Source: Muribaculaceae bacterium
GTDB taxonomy: Bacteria > Bacteroidota > Bacteroidia > Bacteroidales > Muribaculaceae
Reading direction: 5' to 3'
Length of the DNA stretch: 64,000 nt
Assembly (NCBI GenBank): GCA_045613305.1
Contig: JAZLAU010000023.1
Span: forward strand, 59,131-123,130
Part shown: in pieces, positions 18,548 through 27,612 of the stretch
Layout: each line of letters opens with the position of its first letter
How positions within the stretch are numbered: the first letter of the stretch is position 1
Made by a program: the position numbers and the translations under genes
Notes under the pieces: model-generated
Databases searched by the model: none
Told to the model about the DNA's origin: nothing
What the model saw: only the letters and a program-made list of their open reading frames with translations

Positions 18548-19132
18548 ATGAAGACATTTTATTTATTTCTTGCAGATGGCTTTGAAGAAGTTGAAGCGTT
18601 GTCAACAGTTGACTTGCTGAGAAGAGCGGGTCTTGACATAAAGACAGTGTCGATAAAAGACGGATTGATGGTGACTGGAGCACACGGCATAAAGGTTGAA
18701 TCAGATATTACGATGTCGCAAGTGGGTGAAATTGCCGTAGAAGATTGGCTTATTTTGCCTGGCGGAATGCCTGGTGCGACAAATTTGAAGGCTGACGAAA
18801 GATTGTGTAAGATGTTGGTTGACCACAATCAAAAGGGTGGAATGTTGGCGGCAATTTGTGCCTCACCAGCAGTGGTGCTTGGCCAAATGGGCTTGCTAAA
18901 AGGAAAATCGGCAGTTTGCTATCCCGGATTTGAGTCGATGATGGATGGCGCAAAGGTTGAAAGTACACCAGTTGCTGTTGATGAAAATGTGGTGACAGGA
19001 AATGGCCCTGCTGCAGCTACAGCATTTGCCTTGACAATAATAGAGAATGCTTTGGGCATAGATGCTGCTGATGGTGTTGCCGAAGGTATGTTGTTGAAAG
19101 ACCGTGTGAAGACTTCAGAATATTATTTCTGA
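18548..19132 (+). CDS. DJ-1/PfpI (ThiJ/YajL) family protein
   Basis: 194 aa. FEEVEAL..VD.LRRAG and ...MLAAICASPAVVLG carry the nucleophile-elbow Cys. Confidence 0.85.
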   Translation: MKTFYLFLADGFEEVEALSTVDLLRRAGLDIKTVSIKDGLMVTGAHGIKVESDITMSQVGEIAVEDWLILPGGMPGATNLKADERLCKMLVDHNQKGGMLAAICASPAVVLGQMGLLKGKSAVCYPGFESMMDGAKVESTPVAVDENVVTGNGPAAATAFALTIIENALGIDAADGVAEGMLLKDRVKTSEYYF

Positions 19133-19156
19133 TATAGTTCACTTTAATGCATATGG

Positions 19157-19193
19157 TGACCCTGCCGATACTTCGGCGGGGTCATTTTTTTTT
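19157..19193 (+). terminator. intrinsic terminator after the DJ-1 gene
   Basis: TGACCCTGCCGA, loop TACT, then TCGGCGGGGTCA, followed by T9. Confidence 0.85.
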
Positions 19194-19194
19194 G

Positions 19195-19225
19195 AAAAAA
19201 GGGGCAATCGCATAGCGAAAGCCCC
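19195..19225 (-). terminator. intrinsic terminator after the LytTR regulator gene
   Basis: On the minus strand GGGGCTTTCGCTATGCGATTGCCCC is followed by TTTTTT. A second hairpin (TTGCTGCT/AGCAGCAA, 19245..19266) lies just after the stop codon. Confidence 0.7.
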
Positions 19226-19272
19226 CGATGTGACGTAAGTGTGATTGCTGCTAATGTGAGCAGCAAGAGTTT

Positions 19273-20013
19273 TTATAAGCCGGTGTCTTTGATAGGAACA
19301 AAAGAATGCTTGTTGATGTAATCAAAGAAGGCAATTTTATAAGTTTCGGATACTGGGATGTATTGCTTGCCAAACACTATGCGATTGCGCTCAATGATTT
19401 TGATTTTTGCGGTGTTGACTATAAAAGAGCGGTGTACTCTCATAAACTGATATTTTGAAAGTTTCTCTTCGATGTTTTTGATGCTCATGAGCGACATTAC
19501 AGTGGAGCCGTCTTCAAGGTAGAAACGAACGTAATCTTTAATGCTTTCTATGTAAGAAATGTCGTTTAGAGGAATTTGCACTAACTTATATTCGCTTTTA
19601 ACAATGATGTGCTGGTCGTTGCACTGGTAGCATTGAGAGGCGCGGTCTTCGAGTTCTATTAGTTGCAACACTTTGTTTGCCGCAGTCAGAAACTCTGTGT
19701 AGTTTATAGGTTTGAGCAAATAATCGACAGCATTAGTTTTAAACGCATCGATGGCATATTGAGAAAACGCTGTGGTGAAAATTATTTTGCATTTGTTTGA
19801 TATGACTTTTGAGAATTCAATTCCGTTAAGTTCAGGCATTTGAATATCGAGAAACACCAAGTCGATGTCGTTTTCAATAATGGTTTTAATGGCTGCTGAA
19901 GCCGAAGAAAACGATGAGACGAATTCCAGGAAAGGAGTTTGTTCGATGTATCGCTTTATAAGTTCCTGGGCTAAGGGTTCATCATCAACAATGCAACATT
20001 TAATCTTGTTCAT
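19273..20013 (-). CDS. LytTR-family two-component response regulator
   Basis: Receiver domain (CCIVDDEPLA...DLVFLDIQMPELNG) plus a C-terminal LytTR DNA-binding domain (...YIESIKDYVRFY...MRVHRSFIVN...). Confidence 0.9.
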   Translation of the reverse strand: MNKIKCCIVDDEPLAQELIKRYIEQTPFLEFVSSFSSASAAIKTIIENDIDLVFLDIQMPELNGIEFSKVISNKCKIIFTTAFSQYAIDAFKTNAVDYLLKPINYTEFLTAANKVLQLIELEDRASQCYQCNDQHIIVKSEYKLVQIPLNDISYIESIKDYVRFYLEDGSTVMSLMSIKNIEEKLSKYQFMRVHRSFIVNTAKIKIIERNRIVFGKQYIPVSETYKIAFFDYINKHSFVPIKDTGL

Positions 20014-20031
20014 AGTTTAGGTTTTAGTATT

Positions 20032-21126
20032 TTAAAGTGTTATTTTCAAAATAGATGAGTGTTTGTCGGCATTGCAAAATTGCTCAAATTTGTGCCTGTT
20101 CGGATAGATAATGGCGAGTTGCTTTTTTAGGTTGCTTATGCCAATGCCACTTCCGCTTTTGTCGGATTTTGCTTTAGGGCAGTAGCTGTTTTCAACCGAG
20201 CATTCCACTACGTTGCCTGTCAGGTGAATTGAAATGCAGATGAAAGCGTGCTTATCGTTGCAGATGCCATGTTTAAATGCGTTTTCGATAAGAGAAATGA
20301 ACATAAAGGGTGCAATTTTTAAACCTGAGCAATTGCATTCGTCAATGTCGATATTGAGTTTTATGTTTGACGATAGCCTCAGTTTCATGAGGTCGATGTA
20401 ATTATTGATAAATTTGATTTCGTTTTCAAGTGGGACTAATTCCTCTTTGTTTTCATAAAGCATGTAGCGCAAAAGTTGGCTGAGTTGGTGAATTGCGCTT
20501 TGGGTTTTTTGTGTGTCGATAACAACAAGCGAGTATATGTTGTTTAGAGTGTTAAAGAGGAAGTGAGGGTTAAGTTGGTTTTTTAGGTTTTTAAGTTCAA
20601 TTTCTTTTCTTTCGGCTTCAATGGCTTTGTTTTTAGCCTCGATTTCGGCCCATTTAACATATAGCCTAAACGCAACACTCAAACCCACAGTGAGGAAGTG
20701 AAACACGAGGTCGCGAGTTATGAAATGAAGAATAGATGTCATATTTCCCGAAGGGGGCGGGGGTAGTTGATTAAGTAGGTTGTCGGGTAGGTTGGGCCTT
20801 TCGATGTTAAGGTGCGTTGGCCCTCCCGACATGTGAATGAAGGTTATTAATGAGAAGTCGGCTATTGCCAAAATGATGTTAAACCCAAAGAAATACCATA
20901 TGAGTCTCCTCTGGGTTAAATATCTCGGCACGAGAATGAAATAGTTGATAAAAAACGTAGCAATATAAGTGATAGGGCGCACAAAGTGCAGCAAAGTAGT
21001 TGACTCGGTGTCTTGCCAAGAGAATAACAAGTCGGGGATGAGAAAGACTAAAATCACCACAATTGTGCATGTGGCGATTTGAAAGTATTTGATCTTTGTT
21101 TTATTTAATTTGTGGCTTATTGACAT
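20032..21126 (-). CDS. LytS/YehU-type sensor histidine kinase
   Basis: N-terminal TM segments, then ...LKNQLNPHFLFNTLNNIYSLV... (His_kinase PF06580 H-box) and a C-terminal HATPase region (...ENAFKHG..., GSGIGISN). It is 18 nt upstream of the response regulator. Confidence 0.85.
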   Translation of the reverse strand: MSISHKLNKTKIKYFQIATCTIVVILVFLIPDLLFSWQDTESTTLLHFVRPITYIATFFINYFILVPRYLTQRRLIWYFFGFNIILAIADFSLITFIHMSGGPTHLNIERPNLPDNLLNQLPPPPSGNMTSILHFITRDLVFHFLTVGLSVAFRLYVKWAEIEAKNKAIEAERKEIELKNLKNQLNPHFLFNTLNNIYSLVVIDTQKTQSAIHQLSQLLRYMLYENKEELVPLENEIKFINNYIDLMKLRLSSNIKLNIDIDECNCSGLKIAPFMFISLIENAFKHGICNDKHAFICISIHLTGNVVECSVENSYCPKAKSDKSGSGIGISNLKKQLAIIYPNRHKFEQFCNADKHSSILKITL

Positions 21127-21422
21127 TATTCAATGGTTGATATAATGTTGTGTTTTGTGTTTGTTAAAGATGTTTTTGTCTATACAAATATAAATTACAT
21201 CGTTAAAAAATGGGGAATAATATAGATGTATTTTGCTTTTGTTAAGAATTAATAAATGATTTAACGCATAAGATAAGAGAATGAGATGATGAGTCGGGTG
21301 TAAAAGTTAAATGAAGTTAAATGTTGATTAAGGCTTGGCTCGAATGAAGAGCCAGGGTTGTAAAAATAACGGCAAATGTGATTTTTTTTTGAAAAAATCT
21401 GTAAATCGTGCAAAAAAATGTG

Positions 21423-21430
21423 TATATTTG
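21423..21430 (+). promoter_or_regulatory. -7 box (TATATTTG) of the DUF349 gene
   Basis: The motif ends 63 nt upstream of ATG 21494. No clear -33 element. Confidence 0.35.
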
Positions 21431-21493
21431 AAATTCCAAGCGCTCATAAGAGCGAGAGGAATTGCTATAGCTAATTTTAAAAATGTATTGTAT

Positions 21494-23338
21494 ATGGAAT
21501 TGCGTAACGACGTATCATTGCCAGAAGAAATTGGCAACGATGCAACCTTGAACACAGAGCTTGCTGCTGAAGTGGTTGAAGCAGAAGAAGCTATTGATAC
21601 CACAGAAAACAAAGAAACAATGGTGCAGATTGAAGATTATGCATCGAAGTCGAAAACAGAACTTCTTGCAGCTCTTGAAGCGTTGGTTGAGAAGCCAATA
21701 GAAGAGATTAAACGCGACGAGGCTCCAATTAAAACGGCATTCTATCAGATTCGTAAGGCCGAGGTGGAAAAAGAAAAAGAAGAATTCTTGGCAAACGGAA
21801 ATGAAGAGGCAGCATTTGTTGCAAGTGCTGATGAGGATGAAGCAAAGTTGAAGGACTTGCTAAATCAGATTAAAGAAAAGAGAGCTGCGCATAATGCTGC
21901 TCTTGAAGAAGCACGTGCGAAAAATCTGGAAGCAAAAGTTGCTATTATCGACGAAATAAAGAAGATTAGCGAAGACGCAGATAATGTAAATAAACAATAT
22001 AACAGAGTGCAAGAGTTGCGCCACCAATTCCAAGAAATTGGCGAAGTGCCAGCTGTGAGCTCAACAGAAGTTTGGAAGTCATATCAAGCAGCAGTAGAGT
22101 CGTTCTATGATATGCTAAAAGTGAATAAAGAACTTCGCGACTACGACTTTAAGAAAAATCTTGAGTTGAAGCAACAATTGTGCAGTGATGCAGAAAAATT
22201 GTCGGAGAACGAAAATGTGGTTGACGCATTCAGAACATTACAATCTTTGCACGATAAATGGCGTGAGATCGGTCCGGTGGCAAAGGAATTGCGCGATGAG
22301 TTATGGACACGATTCAAAGAAGCATCGGCTGCAGTAAATAAGCGTCATCAGGCATTCTTCGAATCACGCAAAAAGAATGAAAAGGAAAATGAAGATGCAA
22401 AGACAGCGTTGTGCGAAAAGATTGAATCAATCGACTTGTCGAGCATCTCTACATATGCTGCATGGGATGAAGCTACTAAGCAGATTATAGCATTGCAAGA
22501 AGATTGGAAGAAGCTTGGCTTTGCTTCACATAAGGTGAATGCTGCGCTTTTTGCACGTTTCCGTTCGTCATGCGATGAGTTTTTTGCACAAAAGGCTGCG
22601 TTCTTCAAGAAGATGAAGGAAGAGATGGCTGCTAACCTTGAAAAGAAGGTTGCTTTGTGCGAAAAGGCTGAAGCGCTAAAGGATTCGCAGGATTGGAAGA
22701 AGGCTACAGATGCATTTGTTGCTTTGCAAAAGGAATGGAAGACTGTGGGCCCAGTTGTGAAGAAGCAAAGCGATGCAGTTTGGAAGCGTTTTGTTAGCGC
22801 ATGCGATTATTTCTTTGAACAAAAGAATAAGTTGACTGTAAATGTTCGTCAAGAAGAGCGTAGTAATTTGAAGCAAAAGAAGGCTGTTATCGCTGCTGTG
22901 AACGAACAACTTAATTCGGCCGACGAAAAAGAAGCGGTTAAGAAGATTCGTGAGCTAATGAAGCAATGGCAAGAAATTGGTCACGTTCCATATAAAGATA
23001 AAGACAAGGTTTACGCTGAATATAAAAAGGCTATAGATGCGGCATTCGAAAAATTCGACATGAAGGAAAACCGCGCTAACATGGCTAATTTTGAGAACTC
23101 AATTAATAACATGACCGATACAGAAAAGATGTATCGTGAGCGTGAAAAATTGGTTCGTACTTATGAGCAGAGCGTGAATGAGCTTAAGACATTTGAAAAT
23201 AACCTTGGCTTCTTTAATGCACAGAGCAAGTCGGGCAACTCAATGTTGAAAGAAATGGAACGTCGCATTGCTAAAATTAAGGAAGATATAGCTATGCTTG
23301 AAAAGAAAATTAAGATGATTGATGAAAAGTTAGGTTAA
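21494..23338 (+). CDS. DUF349 repeat protein
   Basis: Highly charged coiled-coil-like protein. It contains a repeated ~70-aa unit ...W(K/R)..G......LW.RF....D.FF... at least four times (LWTRFKEASAAVNKRHQAFF, LFARFRSSCDEFFAQKAAFF, VWKRFVSACDYFFEQKN, VYAEYKKAIDAAFEKF). The start was set at ATG 21494. Confidence 0.75.
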   Translation: MELRNDVSLPEEIGNDATLNTELAAEVVEAEEAIDTTENKETMVQIEDYASKSKTELLAALEALVEKPIEEIKRDEAPIKTAFYQIRKAEVEKEKEEFLANGNEEAAFVASADEDEAKLKDLLNQIKEKRAAHNAALEEARAKNLEAKVAIIDEIKKISEDADNVNKQYNRVQELRHQFQEIGEVPAVSSTEVWKSYQAAVESFYDMLKVNKELRDYDFKKNLELKQQLCSDAEKLSENENVVDAFRTLQSLHDKWREIGPVAKELRDELWTRFKEASAAVNKRHQAFFESRKKNEKENEDAKTALCEKIESIDLSSISTYAAWDEATKQIIALQEDWKKLGFASHKVNAALFARFRSSCDEFFAQKAAFFKKMKEEMAANLEKKVALCEKAEALKDSQDWKKATDAFVALQKEWKTVGPVVKKQSDAVWKRFVSACDYFFEQKNKLTVNVRQEERSNLKQKKAVIAAVNEQLNSADEKEAVKKIRELMKQWQEIGHVPYKDKDKVYAEYKKAIDAAFEKFDMKENRANMANFENSINNMTDTEKMYREREKLVRTYEQSVNELKTFENNLGFFNAQSKSGNSMLKEMERRIAKIKEDIAMLEKKIKMIDEKLG

Positions 23339-23361
23339 TCAAATCATTAATAAAATAAAGG

Positions 23362-23394
23362 TAGCGAGTTTTCCACGAAACTCGCTATTTTTTT
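23362..23394 (+). terminator. intrinsic terminator after the DUF349 gene
   Basis: TAGCGAGTTT, loop TCCACG, then AAACTCGCTA, followed by T7. Confidence 0.85.
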
Positions 23395-23773
23395 GTGTGT
23401 TATGTGTGTGGCGGTGATTGTTTGTGCAATTATCTGAAACTTGTGCGCATGGGTGTAGAAATTCAAGTTGCCTTAGGTCGGTCAGTTGTTTTTTTTGTTT
23501 AATGGTATTTGTCGAAGTGGGTAGGTGAAATGCGTGTGCTTGATGAGAGTTGTGTTAGGAAATAAGAATTGAAAAGAGGGGAATTTTGTGTTAAAGGGAT
23601 AGGATATGGAGAGAATAAAATGATGGGAAGAGTGTGGGTGACGTTGATTTTTTAGGTGGCAAAAGGGCTATTTGGGTAACGTAAATAAGTTTAGCGCGGT
23701 TGCTTGGCGAGGGCCGCTCAATGAGGCATTGCCTTCTCGTCGAATTACGATAATAAGACTATGAAAGCAGAAA

Positions 23774-23808
23774 TAAAAAAAGGGTTGTATCAATGTGTGA
23801 TACAACCC
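23774..23808 (-). terminator. intrinsic terminator after galM
   Basis: GGGTTGTATCA, loop ATGTG, then TGATACAACCC. The plus-strand A8 upstream gives a T-tract on the minus strand. Confidence 0.85.
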
Positions 23809-23833
23809 AAAGTTTATGAGATGGTTAAAGTTT

Positions 23834-24979
23834 TTACTTTTCAACAGTGAATTTAAAGATACATTGGCTGATGTAAGTTTGTCCTGGTTCAAGAAGAACA
23901 GAAGGCCATTGTGGCTTGTTAGGGCTGTCAGGATAGTGTTGAGTTTCAAGACAAACAGAAGCGCGTTGGTTGTAAACCACGCCATTCTTGCCAGTTACAG
24001 TGCCATCAAGGAAGTTGCCGGCATAAACTTGGATGCCAGGTTCGTTAGTGTAAACTTCAAGACCGATGCCGGTTGATGGGCAAACAAGCTTAGCAGCAAG
24101 TTGAGAGATGTCGCACTTAGTGTCGAGTACCCAGTTGTGGTCATAGCCATTGCCGTTTTTAAGTTGTACGAATTCGTAGTTGTTGATTTCAGCGCCAACT
24201 TCCTTAGCAGTAGTGAAGTCCATTGGAGTACCTGCAACAGGCTCAATAGTGCCAAGAGTCATAAATGTGCTATCAACAGGAGTGTAGTTGGCAGCATTTA
24301 GGTAAAGAAGGTGGTCGGTAGCTGGCTTGCTTGGGTCGCCACTCAAGTTGAAATAAGAGTGGTTTGTCATGTTAATGATAGTCTTAGCGTCGGTTGTTGC
24401 GCTGTAAGCGATATCAATAGCATTGTCTTCTGTTAGGGTGTAAGTAACCTTAGCAACTACATTACCTGGGAAGTTTTCTTCGCCGTCAGGAGAGTTAAGT
24501 GTCAACTCAAGAGATGTAGGGGTTACGTTAGTTGCTTGATATACTTTGTATTGCCATCCGTTAGGACCGCCGTGCAAGCAGTGACCATAGTTGTTTTGAG
24601 GCAATTGGATTTCTTTGCCGTCGATGGTGATTTTGCCTTGGTTGATGCGGTTAGCATAACGGCCAATGCAAGCGCCAAAGTCGCTCTTAATAGTCTTGTA
24701 GTCTTGGATGCTGTCGAAACCAAGTACAACATCGCGCATAACGCCATCTTTGTCTGGTACCATTACAGAAACGATACGGCCACCAAAGTTTGTGATGCAA
24801 ACTTCCATGCCGGCAGCGTTCTTAAGCACGTAAAGTGCAGTAGAGTCTTCTGCTGTGGTTCCTGATTCAAACTTCACAGGGTCAAGGCCCGAGTCAGTGA
24901 GTGTGCTCTCTTGTTCTTGAGGAGCGCAGGCACCAAGCAATAGTGCTGCAATACCTGCAAATAAAAGTTTAGTTTTCAT
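23834..24979 (-). CDS. galM: aldose 1-epimerase (galactose mutarotase), lipoprotein-type signal
   Basis: MKTKLLFAGIAALLLGAC signal/lipobox. Family motifs are ...GGRIVSV..., ...CIGRYANRI..., ...LHGG..G..., ...TNHSYFNL..., ...ETQHYPDSPN... Confidence 0.9.
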   Translation of the reverse strand: MKTKLLFAGIAALLLGACAPQEQESTLTDSGLDPVKFESGTTAEDSTALYVLKNAAGMEVCITNFGGRIVSVMVPDKDGVMRDVVLGFDSIQDYKTIKSDFGACIGRYANRINQGKITIDGKEIQLPQNNYGHCLHGGPNGWQYKVYQATNVTPTSLELTLNSPDGEENFPGNVVAKVTYTLTEDNAIDIAYSATTDAKTIINMTNHSYFNLSGDPSKPATDHLLYLNAANYTPVDSTFMTLGTIEPVAGTPMDFTTAKEVGAEINNYEFVQLKNGNGYDHNWVLDTKCDISQLAAKLVCPSTGIGLEVYTNEPGIQVYAGNFLDGTVTGKNGVVYNQRASVCLETQHYPDSPNKPQWPSVLLEPGQTYISQCIFKFTVEK

Positions 24980-25020
24980 TATTTTTTATTATTTGGTTTG
25001 AGATTTAGATTCTAATCAAA

Positions 25021-25050
25021 CAAAGATAGCAATATTTTTTTTAATAGCAA
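25021..25050 (-). promoter_or_regulatory. promoter of galM
   Basis: The minus strand reads TTG, a 19-nt spacer, then TATCTTTG. Confidence 0.5.
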
Positions 25051-25109
25051 CAATGTGTGGGGCAATTAATGTTTGATTTTATTGGGTATTAATGGTTTGA
25101 TTTATTAAT

Positions 25110-25144
25110 AAAAAAACTGCCGATGAAAATATTTTCACCGGCAG
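25110..25144 (-). terminator. intrinsic terminator after the FKBP gene
   Basis: CTGCCGATGAAAAT/ATTTTCACCGGCAG hairpin. The plus-strand A7 gives a T-tract on the minus strand. Confidence 0.8.
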
Positions 25145-25168
25145 ATATTTTGATTGAAGAAAAATCAA

Positions 25169-25729
25169 TTAAGGACGAGCTTCGTACTTTGGGATGTCAA
25201 CAAGCTTCATGTCGAAAATAAGGTGAGTGTAAGGCTTGATGATGGAGCCTGAACCGCTTTCTCCGTAAGCTACATTCCATGGAATGATTGCAGTGACAGA
25301 GTCGCCTACATGCATGTTCATAAGAGTGATAACCCAACCTGTGATTAGGTTGTCTTTTTGTGCGTTAAATCGAACTACGCTGTCGGCCGGATTAGTACTT
25401 AGGTATGAAGAGTCGAATGCTACGTTGTTGAAAATTCTTCCGTGGTACTTCATGTCGACAACTGAAGTGTAAAGAGGAACAAGGTTGTTTTTTGTTTCCT
25501 CGGTGTTGTTATGGAAGTGAAGATAAACAACGGCATTGTTGTTGAACGATGCTGGCACAGTCATGTAATAAGGGTTGCCGGCTTCGTCTTTCTTGGCTAA
25601 CTCGTTTTTTAGCCATTCATCTTGAGTCTTACGCCATTCTTCAAATTGGTCCCATTGGCTTTCTTCAAAGCAAGATGACAAAAGAGAGCAAGTGATGGCG
25701 ATAAACAAGATGTTGATTAATTTCTTCAT
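25169..25729 (-). CDS. FKBP-type peptidyl-prolyl cis-trans isomerase, lipoprotein
   Basis: Signal with lipobox (LLSSC). The C-terminal FKBP fold reads ...YHGRIFNNVAFDSS..., ...GWVITLMNMHVGD...IIPWNVAYGE..., ...LIFDMKLVDI. Confidence 0.8.
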   Translation of the reverse strand: MKKLINILFIAITCSLLSSCFEESQWDQFEEWRKTQDEWLKNELAKKDEAGNPYYMTVPASFNNNAVVYLHFHNNTEETKNNLVPLYTSVVDMKYHGRIFNNVAFDSSYLSTNPADSVVRFNAQKDNLITGWVITLMNMHVGDSVTAIIPWNVAYGESGSGSIIKPYTHLIFDMKLVDIPKYEARP

Positions 25730-25753
25730 AAATTATTGATTTTCGTAATTTGC

Positions 25754-27304
25754 TTATACAAGTTTTTTGAGAAGTTCCTTGAATGAAACTTCGCGATCGA
25801 TGATTGTGTTAAGTTCGTCGATTGAAACTCGTTCTTGCGCCATAGAGTCGCGGTGACGAATTGTTACGGTGTTGTCTTCAAGAGTTTGGTGGTCAACAGT
25901 AATACAGAAAGGAGTACCCACTGCGTCTTGGCGACGGTAGCGTTTGCCGATAGAATCCTTTTCGTCGTATTGGCAAGCGTGGTCGAACTTAAGCATGTTA
26001 ACGATTTCGCGAGCTTTTTCAGGAAGACCGTCTTTTCTTACTAGCGGCATAACGCAAGCCTTAACTGGAGCCAATTGCTTAGGCAAGTGAAGCACTACGC
26101 GAGTTTCGCCATTTTCCAAAGCTTCTTCTTCATAAGAAGAGCAAAGGATAGAAAGGAACATGCGGTCAACACCGATAGATGTTTCGATAACGTAAGGAGT
26201 GTATGATTGGTTAAGTTCAGGGTCGAAGTATTGAATCTTCTTGCCAGAGAACTTTTCGTGTTGTCCGAGGTCGAAGTTAGTGCGAGAGTGAATACCTTCA
26301 ACTTCTTTGAAGCCAAATGGCATGCGGAACTCGATATCGGTAGCGGCATTTGCATAGTGAGCAAGTTTGTCGTGGTCGTGGAAGCGATATTTTTCGTCGC
26401 CCATGCCAAGAGCCTTGTGCCATTTCAAGCGTGTTTCTTTCCATTTTGCGAACCATTGAAGTTCTTCACCAGGGCGTACAAAGAATTGCATTTCCATTTG
26501 TTCGAATTCGCGCATACGGAAAATGAATTGGCGGGCAACGATTTCGTTACGGAATGCTTTACCGATTTGTGCAATACCGAAAGGAATGCGCATACGGCCT
26601 GTTTTTTGCACGTTAAGGAAGTTAACGAAGATACCTTGTGCGGTTTCAGGGCGAAGATAAACACCCATAGCGCCTTCAGAAGTGCTACCCATTTCTGTTT
26701 TAAACATAAGGTTGAATTGGCGCACGTCGGTCCAGTTCTTAGTGCCAGAGATAGGGCAAACAATTTCGCAGTCAACGATGATTTGCTTTAGCTCTTCAAG
26801 GTTGTTAGCTTCCATTGCGGCTTTGAATCGGTCGTGAAGTGCATCGCGCTTTTGAGCGTACTCAGCAACGCGAGGATTTGTAGACTTGTAAAGTTCAGCA
26901 TCAAAAGAGTCGCCGAAGCGTTTAGCGGCCTTTGCAACTTCCTTTTCGATTTTTTCGTCGTATTTGGCGATTTCGTCTTCGATAAGTACGTCGGCACGAT
27001 AGCGCTTTTTAGAGTCGCGGTTGTCAATCAATGGGTCGTTGAATGCGTCAACGTGACCTGAAGCCTTCCAAATGGTAGGGTGCATGAAAATAGCAGAGTC
27101 AATACCAACGATGTTTTCGTTGAGTAGAGTCATTGCCGACCACCAATAGTTCTTAATGTTATTTTTTAGCTCAACGCCGTTTTGTCCGTAGTCATAAACT
27201 GCTCCAAGGCCGTCATAGATTTCGCTTGAAGGGAATACGAAACCATATTCTTTGGCGTGAGATACAATCTTTTTTAGAGTTTCTTCTTGTTTTACCTGTG
27301 CCAT
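25754..27304 (-). CDS. glyQS: glycine--tRNA ligase (homodimeric class II type)
   Basis: 516 aa. ...YGFVFPSSEIYDGLGAVYDYGQNGVELKNNI..., ...FRNEI.ARQFIFRMREFEQMEMQFF..., ...IETSIGVDR... Confidence 0.97.
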   Translation of the reverse strand: MAQVKQEETLKKIVSHAKEYGFVFPSSEIYDGLGAVYDYGQNGVELKNNIKNYWWSAMTLLNENIVGIDSAIFMHPTIWKASGHVDAFNDPLIDNRDSKKRYRADVLIEDEIAKYDEKIEKEVAKAAKRFGDSFDAELYKSTNPRVAEYAQKRDALHDRFKAAMEANNLEELKQIIVDCEIVCPISGTKNWTDVRQFNLMFKTEMGSTSEGAMGVYLRPETAQGIFVNFLNVQKTGRMRIPFGIAQIGKAFRNEIVARQFIFRMREFEQMEMQFFVRPGEELQWFAKWKETRLKWHKALGMGDEKYRFHDHDKLAHYANAATDIEFRMPFGFKEVEGIHSRTNFDLGQHEKFSGKKIQYFDPELNQSYTPYVIETSIGVDRMFLSILCSSYEEEALENGETRVVLHLPKQLAPVKACVMPLVRKDGLPEKAREIVNMLKFDHACQYDEKDSIGKRYRRQDAVGTPFCITVDHQTLEDNTVTIRHRDSMAQERVSIDELNTIIDREVSFKELLKKLV

Positions 27305-27612
27305 TTTTTTAATGATAAAATCGCTTTTAATACAATGTTATAAAATCAATTTGCGAAGTTAGCGAATTTGCTTCATAGTGGCAACTTTTTTAACAAAGTT
27401 TCTAAATATTAGTGGCGTTTTATCGCGGAATTTCAAAGTTTTGGAGGTTTGGCAAGTGCGCCGTTGGTGCATTGTTTGATTTGAGCGGAGAAATGGGTGT
27501 TCCCAAATTTTTCAACGAAAGGCGTAATGATTTGTGGAAGTGGACATTTTTTTGTAATTTTATTGCAATTTTAGATAAATATGCCTTTTTTGTGGGCAAT
27601 GTAGGAACCTAT

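Noticed and set aside
18378-18683. 102-codon N-terminal extension of the ApbE ORF.
   Set aside because: The extension is low-complexity (Ser/Leu/Phe) and would overlap the divergent DJ-1 gene start at 18548. A good start (MAKFNTDKR plus TM anchor) exists at 18377.
21335-21493. 53-codon extension of the DUF349 ORF.
   Set aside because: It contains the TATATTTG promoter box and homopolymer runs. The repeat protein begins plausibly at MELRNDVSLPEE.
23443-23450. GTGCGCAT, identical to the core of the XerC arm of E. coli dif, inside the convergent spacer (possible replication-terminus dif site).
   Set aside because: Only 8 nt match, and about two such matches are expected by chance in 64 kb on both strands. 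The following sequence (gggtgtagaaattcaag) does not resemble the conserved XerD arm TTATGTTAAAT.
23540-23641. Multiple GGA/AGGA motifs in the C-free tract, suggesting a CsrA/RsmA-type protein-sponge RNA or SD-mimic.
   Set aside because: The six GGA occurrences are about what the local G/A-rich composition predicts. CsrA is not known in Bacteroidota. Only the compositional anomaly itself is kept as a finding.
23668-23985. 105-aa minus-strand ORF overlapping the 3' end of galM and its terminator.
   Set aside because: It is out of frame with galM, spans the terminator hairpin and has a low-complexity translation.
27412-27612. GTG-initiated 67-codon extension of parC.
   Set aside because: It shows no similarity to ParC N-termini and lies in the AT-rich divergent promoter region. 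MKEENEEYDF at 27613 is a typical acidic ParC start.
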